Position numbers and translations under genes: made by a program. From the sequence record PZ452596.1: 64,000 nt of DNA; one strand, given 5' to 3'. The stretch comes from a phage. This document shows, piece after piece, positions 28,266 through 38,469 of the stretch (positions within the stretch are counted from its first letter, which is position 1; every line of letters begins with the position of its first letter). The notes beneath the pieces are model-generated. The model was not told where the DNA came from. It saw only the letters and a list, made by a program, of their open reading frames with translations, and did not search any database.

Positions 28266-29002
28266 TTCCACTCACCGTTATAATCTTTTTTCACAATATG
28301 AGTTTCGCCAGTATTCCACCAATGATCAACCAAGTAAAAATGACGAGAATATACATGAAGACTTCCAACATTCCATATAATAGAACCTGCTTTATACTGA
28401 CGAGTTGAATCGCCTGCATTCAAATCAGATACTAATTTATCTAATACGTATTTTTGCCATGCATAATCATTACGGAATCCGAAGACCACGTCATTTGAGC
28501 GCATGCTTACTACTGCATTGACTTTCTTATCACGAATCAGGTACTGTACTGTATTCGTACACATGAAATCTGACATACCATCTTTATTGTAGTCAAATTG
28601 CATGGATGGACGAGTATAAATCATGATACCACGTCGAGAATCAGGATTTTGACCAAGTTCAGCTAAACACATGTCATATTGAGCATAGTTATCTTCTGAC
28701 CAGATAGCCCAACCATAATTCGAGTTAATTTCACCTTTAGAAGATGCTACTTGTTGCCAAATCTTCGGTGTTTCACCCGGAATATCTTTAACGAACAAGC
28801 TCTTAGATTTATACCATTCAAGTTCACGCTGAATGTATTCATCATTAAGAGCGCCAAAAATAAACGGTTCATCTGCTACAAATGATGCGCCAATAATTTC
28901 AATAGTTTTAACACCAGTTTTATCAACTACGAAATCTTTTTCTTTTAATGCAAGCCCCAAATGAAGACGGATTTCTTCAACTGTCATAGAGTCACTAATC
29001 AT
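28262..29002 (-). CDS. 42: dCMP hydroxymethylase, 246 aa
   Basis: MISDSMTVEEIRLHLGLALKEKDFVVDKTGVKTIEIIGASF...; 246 aa. Confidence 0.95.
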   Translation of the reverse strand: MISDSMTVEEIRLHLGLALKEKDFVVDKTGVKTIEIIGASFVADEPFIFGALNDEYIQRELEWYKSKSLFVKDIPGETPKIWQQVASSKGEINSNYGWAIWSEDNYAQYDMCLAELGQNPDSRRGIMIYTRPSMQFDYNKDGMSDFMCTNTVQYLIRDKKVNAVVSMRSNDVVFGFRNDYAWQKYVLDKLVSDLNAGDSTRQYKAGSIIWNVGSLHVYSRHFYLVDHWWNTGETHIVKKDYNGEWK

Positions 29003-29009
29003 TTAAACC

Positions 29010-29159
29010 TCAATTGATACATTCATATTTAACTTGTAACAGTAATAAACCCCAACCTAAAATAATAGTCGGAATCATAAGAGGAACCGTTACACTATAG
29101 TATATACTTATTATAATCATCAAGATTAAAAGCAACACTGCTATAATTTTGCTTTTCAT
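29010..29159 (-). CDS. 49-aa membrane peptide (imm.1 position)
   Basis: ATG overlaps imm stop (ATGA); MKSKIIAVLLLILMIIISIYYSVTVPLMIPTIILGWGLLLL... Confidence 0.45.
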   Translation of the reverse strand: MKSKIIAVLLLILMIIISIYYSVTVPLMIPTIILGWGLLLLQVKYECIN

Positions 29160-29407
29160 TCCTTCTCTCTGATGATAATTACTTGATTTGGCTGTGCAGA
29201 CTTTTTGGTTTCACCCGCAATTGACCAAATAAATGTAATAAACCAACCAATAATTGACCAGTTAAACAGCAAAGACGTGAAAAAGATTCCTACTGTCGAT
29301 TTTGACCCACGCATCAAGGCGATAAACCATGGAAGCATGTATATAATAATAGCCAACACACCTGAAACTAAAACCATAAAAATTGAACCTGCTACTAAAG
29401 TTTCCAT
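29156..29407 (-). CDS. imm: Imm superinfection immunity membrane protein, 83 aa
   Basis: METLVAGSIFMVLVSGVLAIIIYMLPWFIALMRG...; 83 aa, two TM helices. Confidence 0.8.
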   Translation of the reverse strand: METLVAGSIFMVLVSGVLAIIIYMLPWFIALMRGSKSTVGIFFTSLLFNWSIIGWFITFIWSIAGETKKSAQPNQVIIIREKE

Positions 29408-29414
29408 GTTTTCC

Positions 29415-29795
29415 TCACTTAGTCAAATTTTTTACACATGAATTATAAGAATTCACTACATACTCCATCGGAGCATTTTTACCAGTACGCCATTGGTAAT
29501 TATTAGCCCAATTAGCCCAAAGCTCGGCGCAGTAGTTTTCAATTTTTTCTTCGCGTGTAATTACATCCGAATTACGATATGCTTGAGCAGATTCATCTGG
29601 ACGAATAGCTTCGTCAAAATTCGCCTGCATTTGTTCTACTGTTTGCTTTGGAGCTTCTTTATAACACTTGACATTAGGATTATAAAATTTGCTTGAACAG
29701 TTTACAATTTTTCCTACATCAGACTGATTTACTACCGGTCCTTGAGCTACACAACCAGTAAGACCTAATGCAATAACCAAAATAGCGATTTTCAT
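29415..29795 (-). CDS. putative lipoprotein, 126 aa
   Basis: MKIAILVIALGLTGC (lipobox); GAGGAAATTATT RBS; directly upstream of imm. Confidence 0.6.
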   Translation of the reverse strand: MKIAILVIALGLTGCVAQGPVVNQSDVGKIVNCSSKFYNPNVKCYKEAPKQTVEQMQANFDEAIRPDESAQAYRNSDVITREEKIENYCAELWANWANNYQWRTGKNAPMEYVVNSYNSCVKNLTK

Positions 29796-29807
29796 AATAA
29801 TTTCCTC

Positions 29808-30059
29808 TTAAAACTTAACAAATAACTTTAAAGCATCTTCAGTTTTAATTCCTTTTCTTACACCCATAACAGAAATTGGCTGTGACTGAAATTTTCCTTT
29901 ACCATTATAAATTTCTAATCCAGTAACCATTCCATTTTGTTCTATAATACCGTAAGTGTTACCTTCATTTTCAAATTCTTTAACTTTAAAGAGTTTATTA
30001 GCTTTTTCTGCGTTAACAACTTTTAAATTTTGAATAAAATTAGTTTGAATATTTTTCAT
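29808..30059 (-). CDS. hypothetical protein, 83 aa
   Basis: ATG at 30059 with GGAGGAACACAA RBS from promoter cassette. Confidence 0.55.
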   Translation of the reverse strand: MKNIQTNFIQNLKVVNAEKANKLFKVKEFENEGNTYGIIEQNGMVTGLEIYNGKGKFQSQPISVMGVRKGIKTEDALKLFVKF

Positions 30060-30087
30060 TTTGTGTTCCTCCGTAGTTGATAGTTGT

Positions 30088-30117
30088 ATAGTACCATGGA
30101 AGAACAGTCTTGTAAAC
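30088..30117 (-). promoter_or_regulatory. T4-type early promoter (repeated cassette)
   Basis: GTTTACaagactgttcttccatggTACTAT + caactatcaactacGGAGGAAC leader. Confidence 0.55.
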
Positions 30118-30204
30118 AGTTTTGTGAAAATTTTTTAGGGAATTCTAAAGGTCCAGAATCATCTGTTTTTCATAAGTATAGATTTATATTACTTGTATGA
30201 AAAA

Positions 30205-30220
30205 GGGACCCGGAGGTCCC
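30205..30220 (-). terminator. intrinsic terminator after gene 43
   Basis: gggacc-cgga-ggtccc followed by UUUUUCA on minus strand. Confidence 0.65.
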
Positions 30221-30233
30221 TAGATTTATTCTA

Positions 30234-32930
30234 TCAGCCAAACAGGAAGTCTAACGAAGCTTTTTCTTCATAGTCCATACCAGCCGATTCACACATGCCT
30301 GCAAGCGGTTTAACAAACGATTTTTGGAACAAAGTTGAGTAGTCAATCCAAGACAGTACGTCAGAACGAATTTCTTTTGGAAGTTCTGTGCCCGACGGCC
30401 AAGCAATGCACTTGTCACCAAATGGATTTCCTTCACGCAATGGAAGAACCATTACTTTATTTCCATCCAAAATTGGAGCTACACCCAGACCACTAACAGC
30501 TCGACGATAAGTTAGCACACCACGAATATGGAACGGGCATTTAAATCCTGGCCAACCTTTATCATCATATTTCGCTATATCGTTCGCAGTTTTTACTTCA
30601 GCAATAACTTTATAGTCAAGTTGACGATATTCTTTCTCGAAGTTCTTGTAATATTCTTGGACAGACTCTTCACCTTCCTGAAGAATACGACGAATACTTT
30701 CTTCAAGAGCTTCTTGCACTGCTTTAGGCGTTGAACTTTGCTGAGTTTCCATACCCATGATTTTTAGATGCGGTTCAGCAAATCGCTTATCTTCCATATC
30801 ATAAACGTTCAGAGCATAACGCTTTTTCGCTTTCCAAAATCCGCCAATGCCCTTTGAACCAAGTGGAGGGCAAGAAATAGCTTCACGGTCCATATGCATC
30901 AGATGCTCGCGGTTATTCATATAATCACATAACTCACGATATGCAACATCAATCATAGGTTCCATCTTTTTCTTACCAAACTGATTCATGAATTCAACTA
31001 AATCATTTTGTTCTTTAAAGCGGTCAAGACCTACTTTTTCAATTACTTTATCTACACAAACATATACCGAATCAGTATCACCTGCTGCAATGAAATCTTC
31101 GCCATTAGTTCCGCATACTTTATTCAGATATTCATTAATTTTACGAGCAATCCACTGAATACCAACTTGGCCGAAAATTGTGATAGCAGTAGCATTTCGC
31201 AAATCATAGTAACGAAAATGAATATTACCAAGAGCACCGTAAAGACTGTTAATAAGAATTTTACGGTTCAGCTGATTTGTGTTAGCAAGTGTAGCTGCTT
31301 TTTCACATTCTTCAATCAAACTATTGAGAACAGATTCGGTGTAATTCGATAGTTCATTTAAGAAATCATCACTGAACTTAACATATCGTTCAACTTCAGG
31401 TTTAGTTGAACAAGACCCTGCGCCTTTCATAATAATCTTTTTAATAGCTTCGGCATTCATTTCTTCAGCGAACATTTTCTTTTTCCAGTCTTTACGCTGG
31501 AAAAATACTTTAGCGATTTCCTTTGGAATGATACCTTCTTGATGCTTATCATACATCCATCCATTCGGAGAACAAGAATATTCATCACTCGGTTTAGGAG
31601 CTGTTCCTGCGATATATTCATGAATTGGATGAACTTTAAACTGCCCACGAATAGTCTCAGGACTAATGTTAACCTGACGAATAATGCTCGGATACAGAGA
31701 CGTCAAGTCAAAACTCATAATGTATCGACGAGCAATCGGTTTAGGTTCAAACACAAATGCACCCGGAAAACTTTGTTTAACGTGCGAACCTTGTTGAGGA
31801 ATAACCTTATGTTCACCTTTCAATGAGTTAAAAATAATAGCATCCCAAGTTTTAATAGGACTCATTACACCAGAAAAAGGCATTTTAGCATAATAAGACA
31901 TACTTAAAACTAGATCGATAAACCCGCGAATTTTATCAATTGCTTGAACTGATTCTACGTCAATGATGTTATAACTAATGTATCGTTGATGATTAGTCTC
32001 ACGAAGTTTATTAATAGGACCATCATACGGTAATTTACCTTTTTTGGTTTCATGTTGAGCAACTGATTCCAAAGAGAATGACGGCAAATTAGTAAAAGCG
32101 AATTTCTTGTACAAATCTAAATAATCAAGAATAGATACGCCATCAATAGAATAAATTTCTTTGCTACCGTACATGTTTTGAATTAGTTTAGATTTTACTC
32201 GACCGATTGGAGAAAAGCGTTTCATACTGCGTTCACCGAGAACCATTTTAACGCGATTCATGATATACGGAACGTCAAATCCCTCAATATTCCAACCGGT
32301 AAAAATAGCAGGTCGTTTCTGTTCCCAGAGATTGATATATTCCATGAGCATATCACGCTCATTATCAAATGGCATATAAATTACTCGGTCAAGAATTTCT
32401 TGAGGAACTTCATCGCCACCTTCACAGTCAAGCTTAGCAGCTAACTTTGCATCCCATTTTGATACTGAACCGTACATTGAATTCAAAAGGTCGAAAACAT
32501 AAAAACGATCATCAATTGAATCGTAATGAGTGATAGCATCAATTTCATATTCAGCTTTCATTGGGTCAGGAAATTTATCACCAGTAACCTCAATGTCACA
32601 GTTAGCTACACGAACAAATTTTCGGTCATAAACAATTTCTGAACCATATGTATCACTGATATAAGCGAGTTTAAAATCGTTCATACCGAGAGCTTCGAGA
32701 CCGATGTCTTCCATTCGCTTCATCCAATCTCGTGCATCTTTCATTGATGGAAATTTTTGAGGAGTGCAGTTTTTACCATAAATGTCTTTGTATTTTGACT
32801 CTTCCTTACAATGCCTAAACATAGTTGGAAGATATTCTACTTCACGAGTACGTTCCTTTCCGTTTTCATCAATATAACGTTCAACAATGTTATTTCCGAC
32901 TGTTTCAATAGAGATATAAAATTCTTTCAT
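30234..32930 (-). CDS. 43: DNA polymerase (family B), 898 aa
   Basis: MKEFYISIETVGNNIVERY...; exonuclease and polymerase motifs incl. AAGDTDSVYV; 898 aa. Confidence 0.97.
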   Translation of the reverse strand: MKEFYISIETVGNNIVERYIDENGKERTREVEYLPTMFRHCKEESKYKDIYGKNCTPQKFPSMKDARDWMKRMEDIGLEALGMNDFKLAYISDTYGSEIVYDRKFVRVANCDIEVTGDKFPDPMKAEYEIDAITHYDSIDDRFYVFDLLNSMYGSVSKWDAKLAAKLDCEGGDEVPQEILDRVIYMPFDNERDMLMEYINLWEQKRPAIFTGWNIEGFDVPYIMNRVKMVLGERSMKRFSPIGRVKSKLIQNMYGSKEIYSIDGVSILDYLDLYKKFAFTNLPSFSLESVAQHETKKGKLPYDGPINKLRETNHQRYISYNIIDVESVQAIDKIRGFIDLVLSMSYYAKMPFSGVMSPIKTWDAIIFNSLKGEHKVIPQQGSHVKQSFPGAFVFEPKPIARRYIMSFDLTSLYPSIIRQVNISPETIRGQFKVHPIHEYIAGTAPKPSDEYSCSPNGWMYDKHQEGIIPKEIAKVFFQRKDWKKKMFAEEMNAEAIKKIIMKGAGSCSTKPEVERYVKFSDDFLNELSNYTESVLNSLIEECEKAATLANTNQLNRKILINSLYGALGNIHFRYYDLRNATAITIFGQVGIQWIARKINEYLNKVCGTNGEDFIAAGDTDSVYVCVDKVIEKVGLDRFKEQNDLVEFMNQFGKKKMEPMIDVAYRELCDYMNNREHLMHMDREAISCPPLGSKGIGGFWKAKKRYALNVYDMEDKRFAEPHLKIMGMETQQSSTPKAVQEALEESIRRILQEGEESVQEYYKNFEKEYRQLDYKVIAEVKTANDIAKYDDKGWPGFKCPFHIRGVLTYRRAVSGLGVAPILDGNKVMVLPLREGNPFGDKCIAWPSGTELPKEIRSDVLSWIDYSTLFQKSFVKPLAGMCESAGMDYEEKASLDFLFG

Positions 32931-32990
32931 AGATATTCCTTAGTTTATAGCCCGAGTTATTAGGCTCTTGATATATTATACTCCAATTAA

Positions 32991-33004
32991 GGGGCCGAAG
33001 CCCC
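32991..33004 (-). other. UUCG-tetraloop hairpin between regA and 43
   Basis: ggggccgaagcccc; a TATAAT -10 element lies just downstream on minus strand. Confidence 0.5.
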
Positions 33005-33008
33005 TTGC

Positions 33009-33377
33009 TTAATTACCAATCGTATATTTAGGAACGAGTTTCCATTCATGTTTTTGTTTAAAAGAAATAACTCGGAAATTATTAGTTAAATCTTTCATAA
33101 AAGTTCTTTGACCAGGAACGATTTCAATCAGTCCCCAATCTTCTAACAACCATGCAATCGAATCACGACGAACTTCATCTTCTTCTGTCATTTCAACCTG
33201 GCGACCATCCATACGAAGCATTTCTTTAAAATGAACGATATAGTATAGTCCTTTTTTCTGAAGAATATGACAGGACTGATACAGAACTTTATCTTTATTA
33301 TTAGCAATTCCCATACGAGTCAAAGTTTCTTTTACTTTCAGAAAATCTTCAGGTTTTTTAAGAGTAATTTCAATCAT
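33009..33377 (-). CDS. regA: RegA translational repressor, 122 aa
   Basis: MIEITLKKPEDFLKVKETLTRMGIANNKDKVLYQSCHIL...; 122 aa. Confidence 0.9.
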   Translation of the reverse strand: MIEITLKKPEDFLKVKETLTRMGIANNKDKVLYQSCHILQKKGLYYIVHFKEMLRMDGRQVEMTEEDEVRRDSIAWLLEDWGLIEIVPGQRTFMKDLTNNFRVISFKQKHEWKLVPKYTIGN

Positions 33378-33378
33378 T

Positions 33379-33942
33379 TTACCATTCCAATGCTAGTTTT
33401 TTGAGTTGTTTCTGTTCTTTTACGTTCTTAGTCACTTCTTTCAAAAAATCATCCGTGACTAAACCTTTTAGTTCTTTTAATACTAAAGGAAGTTTTCCAT
33501 TTTTAGTAAGAATTGATTTATAGTTAATTGCATCATTTGTATTAACTTGATACCGCTTAGCAAGTAACTTAATAATCAATACTTCGGTGGAATCTTCAAC
33601 CAGTTTTGCCCATTTACCATATCTTTTACCACGAGGAACTGCAGCCATTAGATAATTAAAATGAGCTTCATCACTTAAACCTGATCCAATTAAATTCATA
33701 GCATATACAGCTGGCATGCACTCTGGAAATTGTGATAATGCATTTTCAACCATGAATTTTGAATAATCTTTTTGAGCAATAGAGCATTTAGTTTTATTAT
33801 TAATAGCTCCAATTATTTCAAAAAACTCATTTTCAGCTTTTTCTTTAAAAGAATCAGCAGCGGATTGGACAGCTGTCCAATCTTTTGAATACCAAGCAAC
33901 TTGATGCTCGTTTAATTGAATATCATCTTCAAATAAGCTCAT
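33379..33942 (-). CDS. 62: clamp loader small subunit, 187 aa
   Basis: ATG at 33942 ([22 protein letters not shown]...); 187 aa. Confidence 0.85.
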   Translation of the reverse strand: MSLFEDDIQLNEHQVAWYSKDWTAVQSAADSFKEKAENEFFEIIGAINNKTKCSIAQKDYSKFMVENALSQFPECMPAVYAMNLIGSGLSDEAHFNYLMAAVPRGKRYGKWAKLVEDSTEVLIIKLLAKRYQVNTNDAINYKSILTKNGKLPLVLKELKGLVTDDFLKEVTKNVKEQKQLKKLALEW

Positions 33943-33943
33943 A

Positions 33944-34903
33944 TCACTTCCACTGCATTTCACATGCTAATTGAATGAAAAGATAAGCTAAATGCAATTC
34001 AGTATTAGCTGCAATACCATGATACTGATTATTTTCGCCGACAATTTCGTACATACGAATAATACTCTGTGGAGTTACACGTGAATAGATTTCTTCGGCA
34101 AGTTTACCCACGAACCACGAATAATCGGCTGCATATTTTGGTGCTAAAGCTCTGAGTTGTTTAACATCTTTATTTTTGAGAGACTCAAGAACATCATCAA
34201 TAGCACCACGATCGTTAGTAACCAGTGATAAAATACCAGCATCCAAAACACCTTTAGATGAATAACTATCGAGCTCGCCAATAGTTTTACGAAAATCAGG
34301 AAAATTCTTTTTAACCAAAGCTGCTACAACTTTCATATCAGCTATAGCAATACCTTCATGCTTGCAGATTTCAGTCAATCGACGAATCATCTGCTTCATC
34401 ATTTCAATTTTATCTTCATCGGTCGGTTGACCGAATGTAATAACTCGGCAGCGTGACTGGAGAGGTTTAATAATACCATCAATATTGTTAGCAGTAATAA
34501 TAATACTACAGTTTGAACTATAAGCTTCCATAAAGGAACGAAGATGTCGCTGAGACTCTGCTAACCCTGAACGGTCAAATTCATCAATAACGATTACTTT
34601 TTGACGACCATCAAATGAAGCTGCACTGGCAAAATTAGTCAAAGGACCACGAACGAAATCAATTTTACAATCTGATCCATTCACAAACATCATATCAGCA
34701 TTTACATCATGACACAATGCTTTTGCTACAGTTGTTTTACCTGTTCCTGGAGAAGGAGAATGAAGAATAATATGTGGAATCTTACCTTTACTTGTAATAG
34801 ATTTAAAGGTTTCTTTATCAAAGGCGGGAAGAATACATTCATCGATAGTAGATGGACGATATTTCTGTTCAAGAATGTGTTCTTTTTCATTTACGGTAAT
34901 CAT
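33944..34903 (-). CDS. 44: clamp loader large subunit (AAA+), 319 aa
   Basis: ATG at 34903 with GAGGAAATT RBS; [28 protein letters not shown]...[10 protein letters not shown]. Confidence 0.95.
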
Positions 34904-34935
34904 AATTTCCTCATTCAAGTTTTAGTGTAAATTAT

Positions 34936-34953
34936 AAAGGGCCGAAGCCCTTT
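34936..34953 (-). other. UUCG-tetraloop hairpin between 45 and 44
   Basis: aaagggccgaagcccttt (identical copy at 39646). Confidence 0.5.
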
Positions 34954-34954
34954 A

Positions 34955-35641
34955 TTAAAAATCGTGGGTAGAATCAGCTTCAAGAGCTACTACATAATTC
35001 GCATGTTCACCTTCAAATTTAGCAGCGCCTTGTTTACCTTTTGCCCAGAGCAGAAGTTTATAATTTCCTGGTTGCATTTTCATATTTGCCATATTGATAA
35101 TGAAATTAAATGTATTTTCACCATCATAATCACCAAGAGTCAAAGAATATTTAACACGGGTCAGAGCAGAATCTTCTACTTTATTAAAACCGTTAATTAC
35201 GATTTTACCTTCTTTTACTGTGATAGCAATTGTATCAATTTGCAGACCACGAGATACACGCAACAGTTGTTGAAGGTCTTCAGCTTTAATTTCAGTAACA
35301 ACAGATGCTACCGGGAATGGAATTGGTTTATTAGGAGCAACTACTGTACTCGGATCGGCTGCTGGCCAAAAAATTGTTGAACGAGCATCAGCAATTTTAA
35401 TATTTCCATCTTCTGACTGGGAAATTTCTGCATCATCATTAACTAGAGACAGAATACCGAGAAAACCGTTCAAATCGTAAATTGCTACATCAAAATCAAT
35501 AACGTCAGAAATATTTGCTTCCGCGTAAGTTGTACCATTAACTGCGCGAGTCATAATAAATTGACCGGATTTAAGCATAATGCCAGAGTTAATAGTAGCG
35601 AAATTTTTAAGCAGAGCAGTAGTATCTTTAGACAGTTTCAT
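34955..35641 (-). CDS. 45: sliding clamp, 228 aa
   Basis: MKLSKDTTALLKNFATINSGIMLKSGQFIMTRAVNGTTYAEANISD...; 228 aa. Confidence 0.9.
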   Translation of the reverse strand: MKLSKDTTALLKNFATINSGIMLKSGQFIMTRAVNGTTYAEANISDVIDFDVAIYDLNGFLGILSLVNDDAEISQSEDGNIKIADARSTIFWPAADPSTVVAPNKPIPFPVASVVTEIKAEDLQQLLRVSRGLQIDTIAITVKEGKIVINGFNKVEDSALTRVKYSLTLGDYDGENTFNFIINMANMKMQPGNYKLLLWAKGKQGAAKFEGEHANYVVALEADSTHDF

Positions 35642-35696
35642 GTAATTTCCTTCAATTCAAATGAGATTTAATTTTATAACTAATTTAATAAAGCAA

Positions 35697-36086
35697 TTAA
35701 CGATTAAAATCAGCCACAATTGTTTCCGCAACAATTTGAGCAGCAACAATTAGACGTTCATCTGCATTACCACAATAATCATCTTCAAGACGTTCACCAC
35801 ATGAAGTCATAATAAATTTAGCACCGGCGTTTAGAGATTCTGTAGTATGTTTGCGCATTAGTTCAATCCATTTATTACTTACTTCACGATCGATAGCTTC
35901 ATAATACGCATGACGAGCAGGTGCAGATTTAATTTTGTTCTGAATAACTTCCATTGCGTTATCAGAAAGAGACAAAACCCATGCTCGACGAATTTTATTT
36001 TGGTTTTGTGGATTTGATTCAGAACGCACGTGTTTTGGCTGAATATCTTTTACATCAACAGTATAATTCACAGTAATTTTAGTCAT
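35697..36086 (-). CDS. rpbA: RNA polymerase-binding protein RpbA, 129 aa
   Basis: Size and position between 45 and 46 region. Confidence 0.7.
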   Translation of the reverse strand: MTKITVNYTVDVKDIQPKHVRSESNPQNQNKIRRAWVLSLSDNAMEVIQNKIKSAPARHAYYEAIDREVSNKWIELMRKHTTESLNAGAKFIMTSCGERLEDDYCGNADERLIVAAQIVAETIVADFNR

Positions 36087-36095
36087 AATACACCT

Positions 36096-36284
36096 TTAGT
36101 CATAATAATCAGTAACAGTCCAAGCTTCATTTCTATTGGACATTATTTTTGTATATTCTGCTTTAAATGCATTCCTAAGCATAGATTCAGTAACTATATG
36201 CTCTTCATTAGAAAAATTATTTCTCAGAATATATCGTTTTATTTCAGGAATAGTTAATAGATGTTGTCCAGTTGAATATTCCAT
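36096..36284 (-). CDS. hypothetical protein 62 aa (45.2 position)
   Basis: ATG at 36284 with GGAGGAAAAAC RBS; MotA-type promoter upstream. Confidence 0.55.
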   Translation of the reverse strand: MEYSTGQHLLTIPEIKRYILRNNFSNEEHIVTESMLRNAFKAEYTKIMSNRNEAWTVTDYYD

Positions 36285-36301
36285 GTTTTTCCTCCACAGA
36301 G

Positions 36302-36325
36302 ATTATACTCTAATAAATTAAAGCA
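36302..36325 (-). promoter_or_regulatory. middle promoter (MotA box TGCTTTA, 11-nt spacer, TATAAT) upstream of 45.2/rpbA/45
   Basis: aTGCTTTAatttattagagTATAAT on minus strand. Confidence 0.55.
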
Positions 36326-36339
36326 TAATCTCTTATAAA

Positions 36340-38022
36340 TTAAACCATTACAGTAAATCGACCAACTTTCTTCATTTGAAGATGCTGACCATATGCTTGC
36401 GGGTCATGGTCTCTATGTGAAATAACAAAAACATTAGTATTTTTTAAACTATCTAAAATAGTTGAAATAGCTTTTACACCTTCAACGTCGGTCGCTGAAT
36501 CAAAAACTTCATCAAGAATTAGTGTGTTTATTTTAACACCTGAAACTTTTTCAGCAATATCACGCCAAGTAAATAAAAGAGCAATATCAATTCGTGCTTT
36601 TTCACCTTGACTGAATGAAGCATAACTAAAATCTTCACGACCACGGGATTTAATTGTCTCATTAAATTCTTCATCTAATGTAAACACATAATCCGCTTCC
36701 ATTATTTTAAGATAATGGTTAATCTGCTTATTAAATAATGGAATGTACTTTTTAATAATAGCACCTTTAATACCAGAATCTTTGAGCATATCAGTCAAAA
36801 TTCCTCGGTGGTATTTTTCCATTACTAAATTAGTTTTTGTCTTAACAATTTTATCAAGTTCTTCTTGAAGCAATGCTATTTCATCAGCGTGGTCAATAAA
36901 CTCAGAAGATGCTTTTTCTATAGCCGCTTTAACTTTTTTAGCTTTATCTACCGTCGTGATTAGAGATTGCTTTTTATTGCGAATATCATTTGCCAACGAC
37001 TGTTGGGTTTTAATATTATCTCGGTATTCATCAACAAGAACTTTTAAATTATCACGATGCGTTGAAAGCTGTTCAAATGAATGTGTGCATTCAGAAACTT
37101 TATCTTTAATTTTAGAAACAACTTTATCACCGGAACTTAATTGTGACAAACAGGTTGGGCATAATCCACCTTCGTGATACATATTAATGACTTTATTATA
37201 CGAGTCAATTTTTGATTTAATTAAAACTGCTTCTTGACCGATTTTATTAAATGCATCAGTCGGGTCTTCATCCAAAACAATATTAACTAATCTTTCATTA
37301 GCTTCTTCTATTTCCGATTTTAGCGTTCTAGCTTCTTTTGCCAAATCATCATACATATTTTGAAGACGTGTAAGGTTGTCACCCGTTAATTTTTTCTGGC
37401 GTTCAACGTTATCATTATATATTTTAATTTGTTGGATAATACTATCTTTTTTAACATCAAGCACTTGGTTTTGTGAATTTAATTCACGTATTAGTGCTTT
37501 ATTAAGCTTATCCATTTCAGCTAATGTTCCTACCTCGAGCAGGTCTTCCACAAGCTTTCTTCGCGCAGGGGTCGACAAACCCATGAAAGGGGTATACCCT
37601 GCTGTACCAAGGACAACAATCTGCTTGAAACTGGCATATGACATTCCGATAAGCTGTTCAAATTCTGCTTGGAAATCTTTACTGCTGGCAGATTCATTAA
37701 GACGTGTACCGTTAACGGTGATTTCGAAAACGTTCGGTTTTTGTCCTCTTTTGATATAGTACTTTTTCTCATCATATTCCATCCACAGTTCAACTAAAAG
37801 TTCTTTCTTATTTGTGCTGTTTATTAATTGGCCTTTCTTTACGTCACGAAATGGTTTGCCAAAAAGCCCAAATGTGATGGCTTCTAACATAGTAGACTTA
37901 CCACCGCCATTTCGGCCAGTAATAAGAGTTTTTTGAACCTTATCTAATTGAATGTCAATAGGATTTCCACCTACTGACATTATATTTTGATACCTAACTC
38001 GGTTTAGTTTAAAATTCTTCAC
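36340..38022 (-). CDS. 46: recombination endonuclease subunit (Rad50/SbcC-like), 560 aa
   Basis: GTG start at 38022 with AAAGGAATC RBS; Walker A GRNGGGKST, CPTC zinc hook, FSQGEKARI signature. Confidence 0.9.
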   Translation of the reverse strand: MKNFKLNRVRYQNIMSVGGNPIDIQLDKVQKTLITGRNGGGKSTMLEAITFGLFGKPFRDVKKGQLINSTNKKELLVELWMEYDEKKYYIKRGQKPNVFEITVNGTRLNESASSKDFQAEFEQLIGMSYASFKQIVVLGTAGYTPFMGLSTPARRKLVEDLLEVGTLAEMDKLNKALIRELNSQNQVLDVKKDSIIQQIKIYNDNVERQKKLTGDNLTRLQNMYDDLAKEARTLKSEIEEANERLVNIVLDEDPTDAFNKIGQEAVLIKSKIDSYNKVINMYHEGGLCPTCLSQLSSGDKVVSKIKDKVSECTHSFEQLSTHRDNLKVLVDEYRDNIKTQQSLANDIRNKKQSLITTVDKAKKVKAAIEKASSEFIDHADEIALLQEELDKIVKTKTNLVMEKYHRGILTDMLKDSGIKGAIIKKYIPLFNKQINHYLKIMEADYVFTLDEEFNETIKSRGREDFSYASFSQGEKARIDIALLFTWRDIAEKVSGVKINTLILDEVFDSATDVEGVKAISTILDSLKNTNVFVISHRDHDPQAYGQHLQMKKVGRFTVMV

Positions 38023-38234
38023 AAAAGATTCCTTTTAATGTATCTTTTAGACCATTCTATCATATCATCATAATCTAAAAAGTATTCATCAAATTCAGCC
38101 ATGCAAACAACGCCTTGTGCTGTTTTTGATGTAATGTAAATTATTCCAACATATCTAGAATCTTCTTCGATATAATCAATATTTGCTATGAATTCATCAT
38201 TAATGTCAAATGTCGAAAACTTCACAGTATGCAT
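38019..38234 (-). CDS. possible small ORF (46.1 position), start uncertain
   Basis: Open frame overlapping the next ORF in another frame; weak RBS options. Confidence 0.3.
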   Translation of the reverse strand: MHTVKFSTFDINDEFIANIDYIEEDSRYVGIIYITSKTAQGVVCMAEFDEYFLDYDDMIEWSKRYIKRNLL

Positions 38235-38469
38235 CCTTAATACAAGATACAGCCATATCTCGCAATGATTTAGGTGTGTCATTATCTAAAATGTTGAAGT
38301 TAAAAGATACAGCCCAGTCAGTGCAGACCGTAACCTTTTTAATACAATTATCTTCAACCTCTAACGGTTCAAACCAATATTCAATAATTTCTTTATGCCC
38401 AATATCATCCTTTACTTCGCATTCAAAATGCTGACTCATCATAACATTTTTAAATTCATCAAAAGTCAT
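38206..38469 (-). CDS. hypothetical protein 87 aa (46.2 position)
   Basis: ATG at 38469 with AGAGGCAACACA RBS; ATGA overlap with gene 47 stop. Confidence 0.55.
   Translation of the reverse strand: MTFDEFKNVMMSQHFECEVKDDIGHKEIIEYWFEPLEVEDNCIKKVTVCTDWAVSFNFNILDNDTPKSLRDMAVSCIKDAYCEVFDI

Noticed and set aside
30251-30436. 61-aa minus-strand ORF inside the gene 43 3' region
   Set aside because: Alternate frame within DNA polymerase
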